From Magallana gigas (lineage: Eukaryota), in assembly GCF_963853765.1 (NCBI RefSeq), contig NC_088861.1, forward strand, positions 1,302,001-1,366,000: 64,000 nucleotides of DNA, written 5' to 3'. The position numbers were made by a program, and so were the translations under genes. Numbering within the stretch: the stretch's first letter is position 1; the number at the start of each line of letters is the position of its first letter. A model generated the notes under the pieces. The model was not told the origin of the DNA. It saw only the letters and a list, made by a program, of their open reading frames with translations, and searched no databases. Positions 12,301 to 26,759 of the stretch are shown here, piece by piece.

Positions 12301-15300
12301 GTGTGAATCAGATGTTCAAATCTTATATCATATATATTCTATTTCAGTTTGCAGCGCGTGTTGTTTTGTTTTATAACATTTATGATGATGAATAGATATG
12401 GATTGAGATATCACCGAGTTTTGCGTGTTTATTTATCTGTATTAAATTAAGTTGTTTTTACGTAGTACTGCAATCTCGATGTACTTGTTTGAAACGATTA
12501 ATGTTTGATTTCGTTTCGAGAGCTCTGATAATTCTGCAAAATGATTTTTTAAAAATGTGGCCCAATCATTCCAAACCCATTCCCTCCGAAAAAATAATCC
12601 ATTTATTCCCCAGTGTAATAAAACCAATTAAAAGTTAATTCCATGAATATTTAAGTAAGTTCAGTTCACCCCTCTCGAGAAATGCGACAAGTGCATGTAA
12701 ACTTTCTCTTGTATAGTCATTATACTTGGGTGCAATATGACCCTTTTTCCTCAAAGACATGTAAATAAGAGCCAGGTTCATAACAATATATCGATACATT
12801 ATTCATCACGTGCATATTGGTGGTATGATAGTCTGATTTAAGGCCACCCATTTTATTACCAATGGAGAGGGTCCTCCACAAGTACACCGAACATCAAAGC
12901 GTTGCATTAAGACTGAAACACTCTCAATCATCTCTCAAGGTTCTACCCAACCCTCTATCAAATATACGAGTTGGTCCGAGAGCTTGGCAAACATCTCAGT
13001 CTTTCTGTGGCTTTTAAATTGAATTTTCTATTGCTATAGGAGAGGTTTATGATGGTAACATCACAGAGGTAGCGATACCTGCCTTATCTATACGAGGATG
13101 TAAATTTAAAAGAGTTCTGACAACTATTGTTCTTCTGGGATGAAACAACCCATACAACCCGGCAGCGCAAAGCGTAATGAGGCTGAGGAGAAGAAGTGAA
13201 TATAGCTACCCCGAAATTATTTGTGAGTTATGTTCACAAGGACTTTCGGTGCACCATCAGGCCATACGAAATGATTCGGCACGCTAGAAGAGCATAAATT
13301 TGAAAGTTTTCCCTACCCGTTCTAAGAATTTTTCGAGTTCGAACCGTGGTTCGGGTAAAATTGCTGTCAAATTATTTTGGCTTTTTTTAAAAAAATATAT
13401 GAAAAGCTGCATGATCAGCAAAATAGATTCGGGCCATTCTTGTGACATTGCCGTTGCAATATGGAATTTCTTTATGTTTTGATATTAGCAATATGTGTGT
13501 GGGTCGGACGAGGGATAGGAATTGGTAATACCAACATAGATGGGTCTTATCTAACCCATTCATAGCAACTGAATGGAACTAACATAAATGTGATTTCCAT
13601 TAAGTGGACCAGAAGATAATGCGTACACGGAAGGCTATTCAAATCTTGCAAATTGCGATAAAGCTGTTACTGTCGAATCGTCAGCTAGTTATGAAGACTC
13701 TAACAACACATCATTAGTAAGCGACAAAATAGAATTGGCATGCATAGAAAATTTATCAATTTTCATTTAGGGTTTTGCTGTCAAAATTGATTGATATCTT
13801 CTCGAAAAACATAAAATATTCAAAAGGTCGGGGCATAAATATTCAAGGTTTTGATATAACTGGTCATAAAAAAGCGTACAGTTTTGAATTTTTTTAATGA
13901 TTAAAATGTGTTGTTTTCGGATGACAAAATTATGATATTCGGTCAATTTTTTCATATCGGATAGCATTAAAAACATAAGGGAATTCAAATGATGATTTAT
14001 AGTGAATTCAATCAATTACTCACAGCCCGAGAGTCGTATAAAATTTCTCATGTGAAATTTAGGGAAAAAAGCAATAACAGTTATGGATGGCAACAATTCA
14101 TATTCATAGCAAAATAGGACGTAAATGAACCGAAAGCTAAAATGATTCTTCATCAATAAAGCTGTTCAATTAAAACTCCTAAAAGTAGATACCACGGTCG
14201 TTGTTTGAGAAAAAAAATTAGTAGTTTTAAAGCTACAGGGCTTTATTCATGATTTATGCAAATGTTTTTATGCACGACAGAGCAAAAACATTTATACGAG
14301 GAGATTTTTCGTGTGTGTATACTGGCTATTAAAAGCGGTCCTTACCTTGTGCATTTACAATTAGTCAGAGATATACGTCGAATTCTCTCAATTACGGGAC
14401 AAACCAAACCAACGGTTTTGCAAAGCTATCTGTATTACCAATCTAAATGTAAGCTACCAGATTATTTGACGAAGTCAGATTTTTAGCTTTTATGCTAAGT
14501 TTTAGTTGCTAATCAAGTAAACGTGGGTTTTATATGTTCGAATATCTGATAATTTTATTGATTATAATCATGGTGCAATGAAGTAGGACTGCAAAGTGAT
14601 GCGTCAATAAATTGCTGTGAATTTCAATGGTATCCAAACGAATACAGATACCCACGGTATACGTATATACGTAGCTAGTAGTATACACGATTTCTTAACG
14701 CGTCAAAGTATTATCATGGTACATGTATATTTATTTGTTCATGATATTCCGAAGCGTTACATGATAGCATTTTTCATGATCTGTTCATGATAACGTATTG
14801 TATCGTTGTATAGTAACACTCATGAACTTTTCCCACGTCAACATTCGATTCTAAATGTAGTTCTCGATTGTATTATTCCAAAGCGTCGCAGTTTGATGAT
14901 GGCTTTCATGATCTCTAGATGCGTCAACCTACTGTGGAAGTTTTCCATTATATTCCGACGCGTCATCGCGTCAGTAATGGTTGTCGTGATAGTCTCACGC
15001 GTCAACTATGGCATCAACTTACGGTGGTATTATTTCATGATATTCCAAAGTGTCAGTGTGTGTTGACGAATTTCATGATCATAATGAGACGCATCGGCGT
15101 GAGGCAGTAGTTCTTTATATCATTATATCACAACTTCAACAGTATGTGAATGTTTCAATGTAATAGTTTTGTCGCCATAATATGCTGTTCATGATATTTT
15201 GATGTGTCATTTGATACATGTACATGTATATCGCGAGGGTTTCACAGTGCATCAACATGTTATGTTCATGATATTCAGATTTGAAATTATCACCGTTCAC

Positions 15301-18156
15301 GGATGACTCGTTTTTTTTTAATAACAATGCCTCATGTTATCTTGTCACTAGTATTAATATCGTACAGTAAAACGGTCCTGTAATAGGTTACAAGTACTGT
15401 TATGATAATTATGTACTTTGTTTTCTTTACACGCTTCATGTTTCATACTTTGATATCAGAAGTGTAATGTAATCATTGAATATAATCGCAACTTGATTTT
15501 TTGTGGTTGGTCGTTTACACGAATGTGATTTATTAAGTATCCCTCCCTTCAAATCGAAAAAAAAACAACAAAATGTCTTTAAATTCTCGTAGTTGAATTA
15601 AAATTAAGCATCAAGTCTTTACAAAAAACGAAAACAAAAAACCGCGGAATTGTCATTGTCCTTTTTTAAGGTTATAAATAAATCTTAAGAGTATCTCGTT
15701 GATAAAAATTATTGTTCCCATAATCTTACAATTTTTAAGTGGCGTATTCGATTGATATTCTTTTAACATAGATCTAATAAAGATCTAAAAAAGAAAATTG
15801 TTCATGAGCATACCAGGGTTTCGGTTTTAAGTCAAGTCTTTAAACCCCTAGTAGTTCAGGATTGACCAGTAGTTGTCATTTAATTGTACGTTCCACTGGG
15901 TGGGGGGGGGGGGGGGGGGGGGGGGGCTAAAAGCTACTTTTCAATGAACGACATAAAAGACATCTATTTTGCGCAGTGATTTTTGTTGTTGTGTTTTTTC
16001 AGTTTTAACTTAACTTTAAGTGGTATAAAAGTATATCCGCCTTCTTTTGTTTCAAAATGCTGTCTAGTCAATGCCACTTGTAATCCTTTTACGCGACCTA
16101 CGCCCGTTTTCTATTGGTCTTTAATGTAAATTGGTCGCCGTACATCCGTTGTTTGATTTTAGAGTGATCTGCATGCATTGCTAACGTTCATCGACTATAT
16201 ACCGAACAATGCATCGTGTAATCTAAACACATAATCTTAGAGCAAAAAAAAAATGCAAATATTCCAACAGTTCATTAAAAAACACACTCCGAAGATATAC
16301 AGATCTAGCAATATTTGCACAATCTTTTAACCAAGTTTGAAAACAATATGATTTTAGCAAAGCTAAATATTTTCACTTAAGGGAGGTGAGGATAATCTTA
16401 TAGTTTATATTTCTGCATACACATTTAGTGTTTTATTTCACGTTGAAAGACTCTACATGTTTTTTGAGACGCCTGGACACTTATATCGGCGGAAGTACTT
16501 AAACTTGTCACATCATGACACTTCCGCGATAGAATGTAGTACTAAGCATATGCATTTAATTGATACGCTATCACTCTAATCGGTATCGTTGTTTGTATTA
16601 ATTACAAAACTAGAACAGCTACACTTGAGAACACACAGATACGGGAGCTGGAAAACTGTCATTGTTGATGACACCCAAGGCAAACAGTTGGGTCTAACTA
16701 AATACCCCCAAGATAACAGCACTGTATGCTTCTAAGCAGATAGCACTTCTATCGTGTGTAGTTAAGACACTGTGGAAAAATAAATGTTCAGGGTAAAATG
16801 AAAACATAATGAGTTTGTACTTTCTCAATAGGTGTAGTGGTACAGAGGAATTAGCTCTCGGGGGCGTTTCCCATGCTATTTTAAGTGCATTGTTTTGAAG
16901 TGTGTTGCTAATGGAAAATAATCCTGCACGACAGAGGACGGACTAACAGGGAAACGAAAGTGAATGCCCTGAGACTTAATTCTGAGTTCAGTAACTGTAT
17001 AGATTGAATCACATAGGCACACAATCCGATCTCTCACACCCAGAGAGCTCGTAATAGAATTCGGCTATCCAGAAAATTAATAAATGAGGTATCGCCAGAT
17101 TCAAATCAACAAATTTCCACTGGGCTTTTCATATGAAAATCCCAGCGGTCCTCCTTTGAAGTATATTAAGCGCGGTTGTCCTTGACTTGGTCCAATCCCC
17201 CTATATTTCGTACGGCGTGCTGTATGCTCGCGATGTCTATGCTTTATACTGAAAGATAATGGCTGGCGCATGCTGAGGGACCACGCTGCGCATTGAAACA
17301 GCTGCGCACTAGAGGCACATTAAGTTAATGAAATAGAAAATAACTGCATGAATATACTTTTATTCTTTTTCAAATTAAAGGTTTAAATCATGAAATAACA
17401 CCCCCGGCGGCTGGAATAGTCTGGCGACTTTAGTTTTATCACCGCGCTTTTCTCACTTAATGTGCAGTGGGGTTATATTCTGTCCCACTTTAGAATAATA
17501 GTTTGTAACATACCTGGCTGTGCGTGATAATGGTTTCTCATTTCTTTATTTTATACATGTAATTTAAATTCTTCACATATAAAAAATGTTATGTGTATAG
17601 CAAACATTAATTTTCTAAATCGTTTCCTACATAATTTACTTTTATACTGAAATTAAATCGCATGCGGAGCCAATCTTATATTCAATTAAAAATATTATAT
17701 TTTCAATCAGTTATAAATTTGCAACAATGTTCTATGAAGTACTCCATCGTTCCTGATACATTTTTAAACATAACAAACCATTAGGGGGCACATATACTGC
17801 ACTTGAAACAGTGGTTGTCTACAAAAACAAAATAAATAAGTTATGCCTAGAATCGATGACTTTTTTTATTCGTTCCAAAATTATATTTATCAATCTCATA
17901 GGAAATATTTATTGATGATCCAAGATTCACTTTTAGATCAATTCTTTTGATCTTCTTTTCAGAATTTTTTGTCTCCAGTCGTTTCAATGTCTGAAAATGA
18001 AGCATCGTTCTTGTTCTAGGGAGACTTTTGGTTTTCTAACCCGAATTCCCCCCTAAAGCTACAGAGATGACATCGTTCCCGATTGACAGTATACATGTAC
18101 ATTGTAACAAACGACGGGATAACTTTTTTAATACCCTTGAAATTCTGTGAACTCTC

Positions 18157-18301
18157 GTGTGCGGATTCAGATTTTTTTTTCCGCCGGGGGGGGGGGGGGG
18201 GGGGGTGATTATATTTGTTGGGCCAGATATGGTCCAAAGCCTACTTTACTATCGGGCGGGGGGGGGGGGGGGGACTCCTGATCCTTTCTAGATACGCGCA
18301 T
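18157..18301. mobile_element. Short G-run MITE (ATGCGCGGATCTAGA-type TIR family)
   Basis: GTGTGCGGATTCAGA (18157) and TCTAGATACGCGCAT (18287-18301) are degenerate inverted ends flanking two long G runs. Confidence 0.55.
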
Positions 18302-19690
18302 GGCTCTTGTTAATCAAATATTTTTTAATACCACAAAATCCTAATTAATATATTATAAAGGTATATCAGCAACCTATGACAATGTCATACTCTTGTCGCT
18401 GAGATACGTGCCACTTGACATTCTTATATTATATCGCATTGATTTTGATATGCAAGGCAGTGCATCTGTAAACTGAACGAATAGCTTTTGCACCACATTT
18501 ACATGTACATTTAGCACACTGGAGGGGCCTCTGAAATGATTTTTTCACTAGAAACGTTGGAATTTCAATGTTAAGTTTACTTCGTTTACAACCATCCAGA
18601 GGGACTACGAAGAATACGAAGAATGAGTCTTTGGTGTTTTGCATACAGCTACTAAATCCAAAACTCGCACTTAAATACTCGTGATTCAGATATTACAGTA
18701 TCTTATAATTACATTAAGATCAAAGTACTGAGAAAACTGAGAGCAAACCAGCAAGCCTTAGGCTGAATTTGCAACAAAACAAACGAGTCTTCTTAAACGG
18801 TGACATTCACCCAAGAAAGATTTTTATCTTATATTTTATCTTTGTTATTTTTGTATCATTTGGTGCAACCTTGGATTATCTTTGTAAATTAAAAGGTTAC
18901 TTTAATAATTTTATCTTTGATGAATGTTTTTTTTATTGGATTCAATATTTTTTTTCAGCATGAAAGCACTTTGATTATCATATTACATCGAGTTTTGTAG
19001 GATTGTTTACATTGATTAAAGTATAGAAATTTATTGTTGTTTATGACAATGTCACCGCACATGCTAAATAAATCTATTTTTAAAAGTTTATTAGTCTCCT
19101 GAAAGTAAATAACGATCTAAATTTGTTTCCTTGTTTACATTTAAAAAACCAACAAACGAGAAATAATGTAAGGATTTTTGTTTTATATCTAATTTACGAT
19201 GGTTAGAGGAGACGTTTAGCATAAATTCCCAATTCATTAGACATTAAAAAATGAAGAAAACAATGATTGTTAAACAAATATTAGATTCTTACATCCAAAA
19301 AATTATATGGAGATCGCCATAATGAATCGAAATTATGTAATATTTCTTATGCATGACTAAAAAGTAAACAAGTAGAGAATTAGATACAAAAAAGTATTTT
19401 GTTTGCTCTAAACACATATTTACATTTGAATAATATAAAGAATGAGATACTGTTCGTTGAATGTTTCTTCTTCGAATTGCTTCTTTACATATCTCTAGAC
19501 CTGTTGACTAAGTTACGCAATCGGAAACTATTTCATCTTTTGAAAGAGAGAAAGCAATGTTTACTCTACACAATGTTCTACTTTTTCTTTTAGGTCATTC
19601 TTCATAATGTATACCAAAGTCATTGAACACCCAATTTTTTCACCATTTGAATTCAAAGAACCTTTACAAGAGTACATTTCTTTGAATTAA

Positions 19691-20019
19691 GGTATTATGG
19701 GACACCTCCATGTTGTGACGTGCTATTTATCGAAATAAACCATAAAATCAAGGGTACATTTATAGTTTCTTTCCTGAAATTTTCATCTAACATCGTAGCT
19801 CAGTGGGTTGGGTGGTTCCCTACGAATCTGAAAGTCATGAGTTTAAATCCCCCTGGAGTTTTGAATTTTTTACCTGTTTAAATATTTTAAAAACTGGGGG
19901 GTTTTTTTTGGGTTACAAATGTATATATTGTGAAATTTAAAATTTTTTAAACGGTGAACGTATTTTAGTTATTATGTACTTTAATATTACCTTAATATCC
20001 ACGGATGTCCCATATCACC
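19691..20019. mobile_element. 329 bp non-autonomous DNA element, TTAA-flanked, Kolobok-like, with an internal tRNA-like segment
   Basis: TTAA at 19687-19690 and 20020-20023. Termini GGTATTATGGGACA and TGTCCCATATCACC are inverted (12/14). The internal 19793-19857 segment GTAGCTCAGTGGGTT..GAGTTTAAATCCC has A-box and B-box-like motifs. Confidence 0.75.
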
Positions 20020-23000
20020 TTAATCACGAGCGGTAGAATGCAGGATTCCTTGCTTCGACAATTGATTGATTATATTATCAAACGAGACTGGTGATTTGGT
20101 TGTTTTGTTTTAAAGAGCATTGCTAATTATTTGATGAACAGTATCGAAACACTACTGCATATGGTTATAAATATTCTATTCTTATTCTTGGAGTTTGCCT
20201 GCAAATAGGCTTAAGTTGTTTGAGATTGAAATTAAAATGGCAGAAATCACCAGCAGCCTGAGTTGATTGAAATCAAAATGGCAGAATTCACTTACTGTTA
20301 ATTTATTCTCCAAATGCGAAATACTTTTTTTTTTACGGACACACATATTTTTGAAATAAAACTTGTCACCCCAACAACAAACAAACCAAAATCCCCCAAA
20401 GCAAAATGAACCAACCCTGCTATTCGTTAATCAACACCAGTCTTCTTAATTAATTTTACTCTTCTTGAATTGTTCTTATGCTTAAGATATTGCCCACTCG
20501 CTTACAGATGCATGTAAATATTGTCAATCATCCTCATACTTTTACAAATCAACCAGCCTTCGCGTGAGTACCAGAGGTCGCAAATTGGTTACATTTCCAT
20601 TAACGTGCAGTTATTTATAAATATGACTGATCAGCAATTAGCATGATACTGGTAATAAAAAGATGAAATAACAAAATTTTAAAACAATAAAAAGATAAAA
20701 AAGGAAATGCACGTCGAGTGTAGTATCTGGATATGACCTTTTCCTCACGGTTTGACAAAAGGATGATGGATAACTGCCCGCTCTCCCAAGGATGACAGTT
20801 AAACAATCTTGTCACTCACTCAATGCAGACAAGCGGAGGCTTTGTTTGATTATATGGCTGAATTCAGCTGGGAAAGTTCATATGGAATGAAATTAAATTT
20901 ACTGGCATTTCTAGATTTTCTGATGCGATAGATAAGGATATGCAATGCTGTTATGTTTGACAGTAACGTATTTGGTTTCGCCAACTGAAACCTACTCTTT
21001 TGTTTAAAATAGAATTTTTTTCATTCAATTTTTTTTTCACTTATCAAATGGGTAGGCTTGTAACTTGAGGGAAACGGCGAAGGTTATAGATAGTTTCAAA
21101 TAGAGAGATACGTTTGTTGAGAAGAAAACCTCCATTACTAGCCATATTCCTCTGCGTACTTAAAACGTAATTTATACATATATGTAAATAAAACTTCAAA
21201 CAGAAGATAATTGGGCGTAATATATTTTATTTTAAACCAGACGAATTTTATAAAGGCTTTATATCAGATCCGGAAAAAAGTTAATGAATTTGACACGAAA
21301 CTATATTAACCACTACTGACAATAAAAACTAATGCATAATTTTAAAATTTCTTTAAAAAAATAAAGAAGTGATTTTGATTTGAGTTACACTATGGACGCC
21401 TTATGAAGAATTGAAGAAGAAAATGCTAATGAAGAGAACTCGGATTAGAATCGAAAGGTTCTTTGTTGTTGCCGAAGAATCCTATGGAGTATTTATGGAT
21501 CTCGTCTTTTGTGCCATGAAATTTCATTGGCCATTTCCATATTCTGTAATCTCTCAACCGATCTAAAACTGGCATAATGAAAAGATTTTATCGACTGCCA
21601 GAGAAAAGGCACCATATTGTCACCTCTTGGTATAAATCAAGTCTCTTCTATAAAGAGACCCTTCTCTTTGTTAACTGGAAGATTTGTTCCGGATCAGTGA
21701 ACATACCGTGACGGAACCAGAAACAAGATTTGAGCTTTCGATCATTCGCATATTTAATGTCTTTAGCTGCATACATTATCGCAGCTCGCTGTTTTATAGT
21801 TCTGCCTTCGTGATTTTTATACCTTCTCGCTTTTGGGTCGCGCGAAAATATTCCGCCTAATTCAGATTTTGTTTTTTTAATGGTTTTATTGCCTGTGTTT
21901 GGCTGTTTATGGAAGCTTTGTGAAGAGGAACAGTGAGTGATGAACCCCTGATTGTATACATACGATACATCGTTACACTTGCAAATTTTTCTCATTAAAC
22001 TTTTAAAAGAGAAATTTGCAATTTTATGAGGAGATATTAGGAGCTATTACTAGATGAATTATAATATAATGTAGTAAATCTAAAGAAGTACTTGGAGCTG
22101 GCTTTTTTTACATATATATAGTTATCAGGCATAACTACCATTGAGAAATGTCTTAGACGATCTAAACATGATTGCAGTTTACAAGATCAATTTAAATGGA
22201 GTCAATGTGTAAAAAATAGGATCTCAGATACATGTAATACGTTGATATGTATTAATTTTGTTGTACATTTTTTTCAAACTCTTGCCAGATGTTTAGAACA
22301 ATCCTATTACCCCCCCCCCCCTTACGTATTTCATTCCTTTCTACCACAGCACCAACCCAAATCATTGGATCAATGGTAAAATGGGTGTTTCACTTCTGAT
22401 TTGTTCTGTAGATGCAAAATATGTAGTTTTTGGGGTCAGTAGGTTCGAATCCAGCAAATTAAAACCCAAAGCCCTTGGTTGCCGTAGTACGATACAATAT
22501 AGTCTATGCTATTCCATTTGATACATTGTAAGCTACAAGAAACAATTTTCTTCCGGTAAGCATAGCATTAATTGTGCATTAAAATTTGCTGTACCATTTT
22601 CAAAAACAGACAGTGAGAAGCAAAAGTAATGAGCACAAAAAACAATTACGACACAATGCAGATATTTTGATATGAAGATAGCAAAGTTCAAAAGCTTAAG
22701 GTTGCAACACCCTAAATGCAATTCTGCTTGATTCTTCTGTGTAAAATGTTGATTCAAAAGTTTACAACTACCATAATGGAAAGAAATTTTAAAATCTCAT
22801 AAGCATCCATACAAAGATATTTCAACACATTATAGTGTTACAGTTACAATTTAGTAGGAAAAATTAAGGAAGGGTCAAAACTATCGTATATTGAAAAAAA
22901 AACCCATTTATTACGACACTTTATCATTTGATTTATCTTGCATATTTTTATGCTGATTCAAAAGTTAATTTTGACTTTTAAATTTGAATCGAAATTTAAA

Positions 23001-24534
23001 CCGATCGCTATTTCTCAGATTATATAAAATTCAGATACATATAGTAGTAACATGAATTCTGTTGTAAATGAAACATATTGAACAAAATATTGAACATATT
23101 GAACTCCAACAACAAGTTGTTGGTTTTATTGCAAACCATTCAATTAGATAAAATTCCAAGTAACAGCCATTTCTCATTGTTTGATGACTATCTACATTGT
23201 ACGAAGAACGATAGCCATTTTGTAATACAGATCATCCTTCGTACATTAATTCACTCTCGAAAATAAATACGCATAATCCAAAAGTGTTCATACATATATT
23301 AAGTGATTAATGATTTCGATGTAATCAGTTTCTTTGAATTTCAACATTCATACGTTTGTCTCTTGGGATCAGATTTCCGAGGGCTCCCCGCCGTGAAATA
23401 TTAATTCAAATTTTGTAATATTTCTAAAGTAAACAGACAATCTCTTTGCAATCTGAGGTGGAGTAATCATTGATGTAAGCGGAGAGCCGAGATTTTACAA
23501 GGTGATCAAAGGGTGTAGATCGGAATGATGCATAATTATTGGTAATGGAATTCTATCGGAGACATGATATATACACCCTGCTGTTTTTACGAACCCCTAA
23601 AAGTTGTTTTTGACTACATCAGAATATTTTAACTTCGTTAAGTTTACGAAACGATCGACTTTTTCTGATTTCAGTCCAATATATATTTAAGTACATTTTC
23701 AAAGGTTTTACGGTAATACCTTATATAATAAGTTATGAAAACAAAATTCTTGGTTAATTTTTATTTTTTCAGTAAGTGTGGTAACTTTAGACAAATTGAG
23801 AATATCAAGATGAGCAGATTAAGATAAATATTGGAACCAAATATTATCTAGCCCCTTTATAATCCTTTGCCTCTCAATTTGATTTTTCGTATCCAAAAAC
23901 TGAATAGTTTTAATTAGCGAAACATTCAGTCTCAACAAAAAAGGATTGGATTTATCAAAAGCATTTTTATCTTTTTGATATCCATATTTGTAATGAATTG
24001 TAAACAATGAAATTCGGAGGACCATTCCTAGCATTGCACAAAATGCGACGGAAACACCCCGATAAATGGGAATACAGCCCAAACCAAAACAACTTGTAAC
24101 ACACTAATGTTGCAGTTGGAATCTGGGAAAAGCGTATAATTGAACCGCCGGTACATGCAATTGCTTTTTCCTACTTTGATCTGCAAAATCCTTATAAAAT
24201 CTTAATTAATTAACCACGTTTTACAGCGAAACCCTATTTCATGGTTTGTTGTTTGGAGCGAATGAGGCTTGGAATTAAATGCGTGTTCCGAGAGAAAGAC
24301 ACAGGGAATCCTTACAAAGCAGCCATGAATATTGCTTTCGTTCATAAACGATAAACATTCATCTCATAATTGTTTCTTTTTGTTCATTGTTGCATTGTTT
24401 GTAAATTTCATGTTTCATTAAAGGAACATTTGAAGCCTTCAATTGGAAAGAATTTGTTTATTCGATAAATTGAATACTATATTTTGTAATGTGTAGAATT
24501 ATTTGATGTCTAGAATCTGAGTTCATTATACATT

Positions 24535-24536
<2 letters not shown>

Positions 24537-24588
<52 letters not shown>
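24537..24588. repeat. (GA)n microsatellite
   Basis: Direct reading. Confidence 0.95.
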
Positions 24589-24591
<3 letters not shown>

Positions 24592-26175
24592 AACATGTCT
24601 GCCATTCAAAAATTATTGTTGATGATAATGTGCAACATTCATTTGAAATTCCAAGTTTTTTATTCGTATTTCTTTATATTTAAACATTACAGTGAACAGT
24701 TTTATAAATCAAAGATTAGCGAGAACTTAGCTCATATTCCCCAATAGCAATTAAATACAGTTGTTTCTTACTTTGTTTTCATCATATTTACTAACAGAGA
24801 TACCCACTTAAGCGATAAAGATAGGGATACAAAAGTTAACTGCATACGGTCCTGATCACATTCATGTATCCTTCCGCCGCAGGAATTTACGGCCATTCCA
24901 GAGATGGTACGTTTGCATTATTGTATGCAAGACTCCGGAGGGACTGGCTTCTCATCGTTAGGTGACGGAAGTTGATCACATGACTTGGAAAATGACACGG
25001 TGTCTTAGGGACGCGGTACTTTTAGCGAGAATGAGACTTTGAAGTTCTGCCATAACAGCAGCAAATAGTTCCTACCTTTGAGCTGTGCAGAGTGATTACA
25101 GCGGGTCGCGGAATGTTAATCTCAGAATACACACTTAAATCACAATCAATGTCTTCCAGCAGCTAGATAAATCTCCGAAATAAAGTCCAAACAATCCCTT
25201 GTAGATCTTTATTAAAGTAATCGTAAAGTGTTCAAAACACAGAAATGGCTGTTTTGAAGTTACGTAATCAAAATATCCTAATATCAATTTTACTTAGGGA
25301 TACTTAATAACTCGTGTTATTTTTCAAAAGTATTTGCATGCATTGCAAAGATAACACCTCAGATGTCTTTTTTCTCCAAATTTCTACGTTTCTCAATTAA
25401 CTGTCACTTCCAAATCCCGAGGTTCAGATGCAGGTCAACCGATAATATTTTATTATTTGAACAAAAAACTCAATGATAGGATTAAAGCACATCTTTAGAA
25501 AAGTTAACAATGTGAATACAGATTATAATAACTGGACCAGGAAATTTGATAGGGTCGTCCTTTTTCGATTTCCAGGATGTTCATGTTCCATTACGGTTGT
25601 CTTTTAAAATTTTGTTTTGACTTTTTTGTTCTCTGTTATTTCAAAGAAAACATTATAATCCCTCTTTTGTGATTGTCTCTAAGAAATGCAGCTCATTTGA
25701 AAAAAAAGAAAATATGTTTCGTCTATGGTCATTGAACTCTAATTAATAACATTTGTGGATAGGTTACTGTTTTGAACAAATCCTCTGCAATTGCAATGAT
25801 CCTTCGATAAAGGTTTTATTTTAGTGCTTTTGCTGATTACACTTGTATTATATCTGAAAGCATTTGTCATATAAAAAAAATATGTATTTCTTGTAAAAGT
25901 TAGAATTCTTTAAACTTGAATTTTTTGTTAACGTTATTAATATGTCAATCAATTTAAAACTGATATAAGATTTAGTAAAAAAAAATATAAACACTTAAAA
26001 TAGACCACAGAAATGTATTCAGGTAACAGAGATGAGTGTTTTGCCTTTTTTTATACACTATTTTGTATCTCAAAGCTATCAATTATACATACCTCGTTTA
26101 AAAAACAAGTACATGCTCATAGTTTTTGTTCTTTAAAAAGGAGATGGAATTTGATTTGAAGCAAAAAATACATGT

Positions 26176-26177
<2 letters not shown>

Positions 26178-26252
<75 letters not shown>
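26178..26252. repeat. (CT)n microsatellite
   Basis: Direct reading. Confidence 0.95.
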
Positions 26253-26254
<2 letters not shown>

Positions 26255-26759
26255 AAAAAGGAAGTGATGCTTAATTAATCCTGTTGTCATCTTTTGATCG
26301 ACAGAGCATGCGTACCTTTAGTAATACTTCCTGCCCAGCCACATGACAATAATGTAAAATTCCTCTGATATTTGTATGCTTGGAAAAGCAACTAAATGTA
26401 CCTTGCACATCAAACATGAATTTTAGGGAAAAAAATTACCGTTGAACATGTTTTATTCCTTTAACAGCACGTAGACGTGATACGATTACGTATCGGTCGT
26501 CCAAGTAGAAAAATCACCTTAAATTAAAAAAAATGATAACTTAAGATATGATTTTTAATACTATATTGTCTATAAGATTTACTAGTCTAACTCTCATTGC
26601 AATGTTAAAAAATGACACTGAAAAAACAAAAATTTACAGTTGAATTTGATATATTCGCTATATTTTGAAATACATTAATTGTTGAAATACATGCATGGTA
26701 TATTTATTCTCTTTTCAAACCTAATGTCGCTCTTTGGTGGTGATTATTGAACGATAAAA

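Noticed and set aside
19793-19857. Possible tRNA genes here and at 40881-40938 and 41086-41154
   Set aside because: Stems are broken and the segments are embedded in repeats, so they are called tRNA-derived rather than tRNA.
21390-21830. Coding-looking stretches (WTPYEELKKKML..., MKRFYRLPEK...) and the 115 aa minus-strand ORF
   Set aside because: Multiple stops, no family motif and no consistent splice sites.
22366-22452. A-box-like TGGATCAATGG and perfect B-box GGTTCGAATCC
   Set aside because: No cloverleaf stems can be formed; at most a SINE relic.
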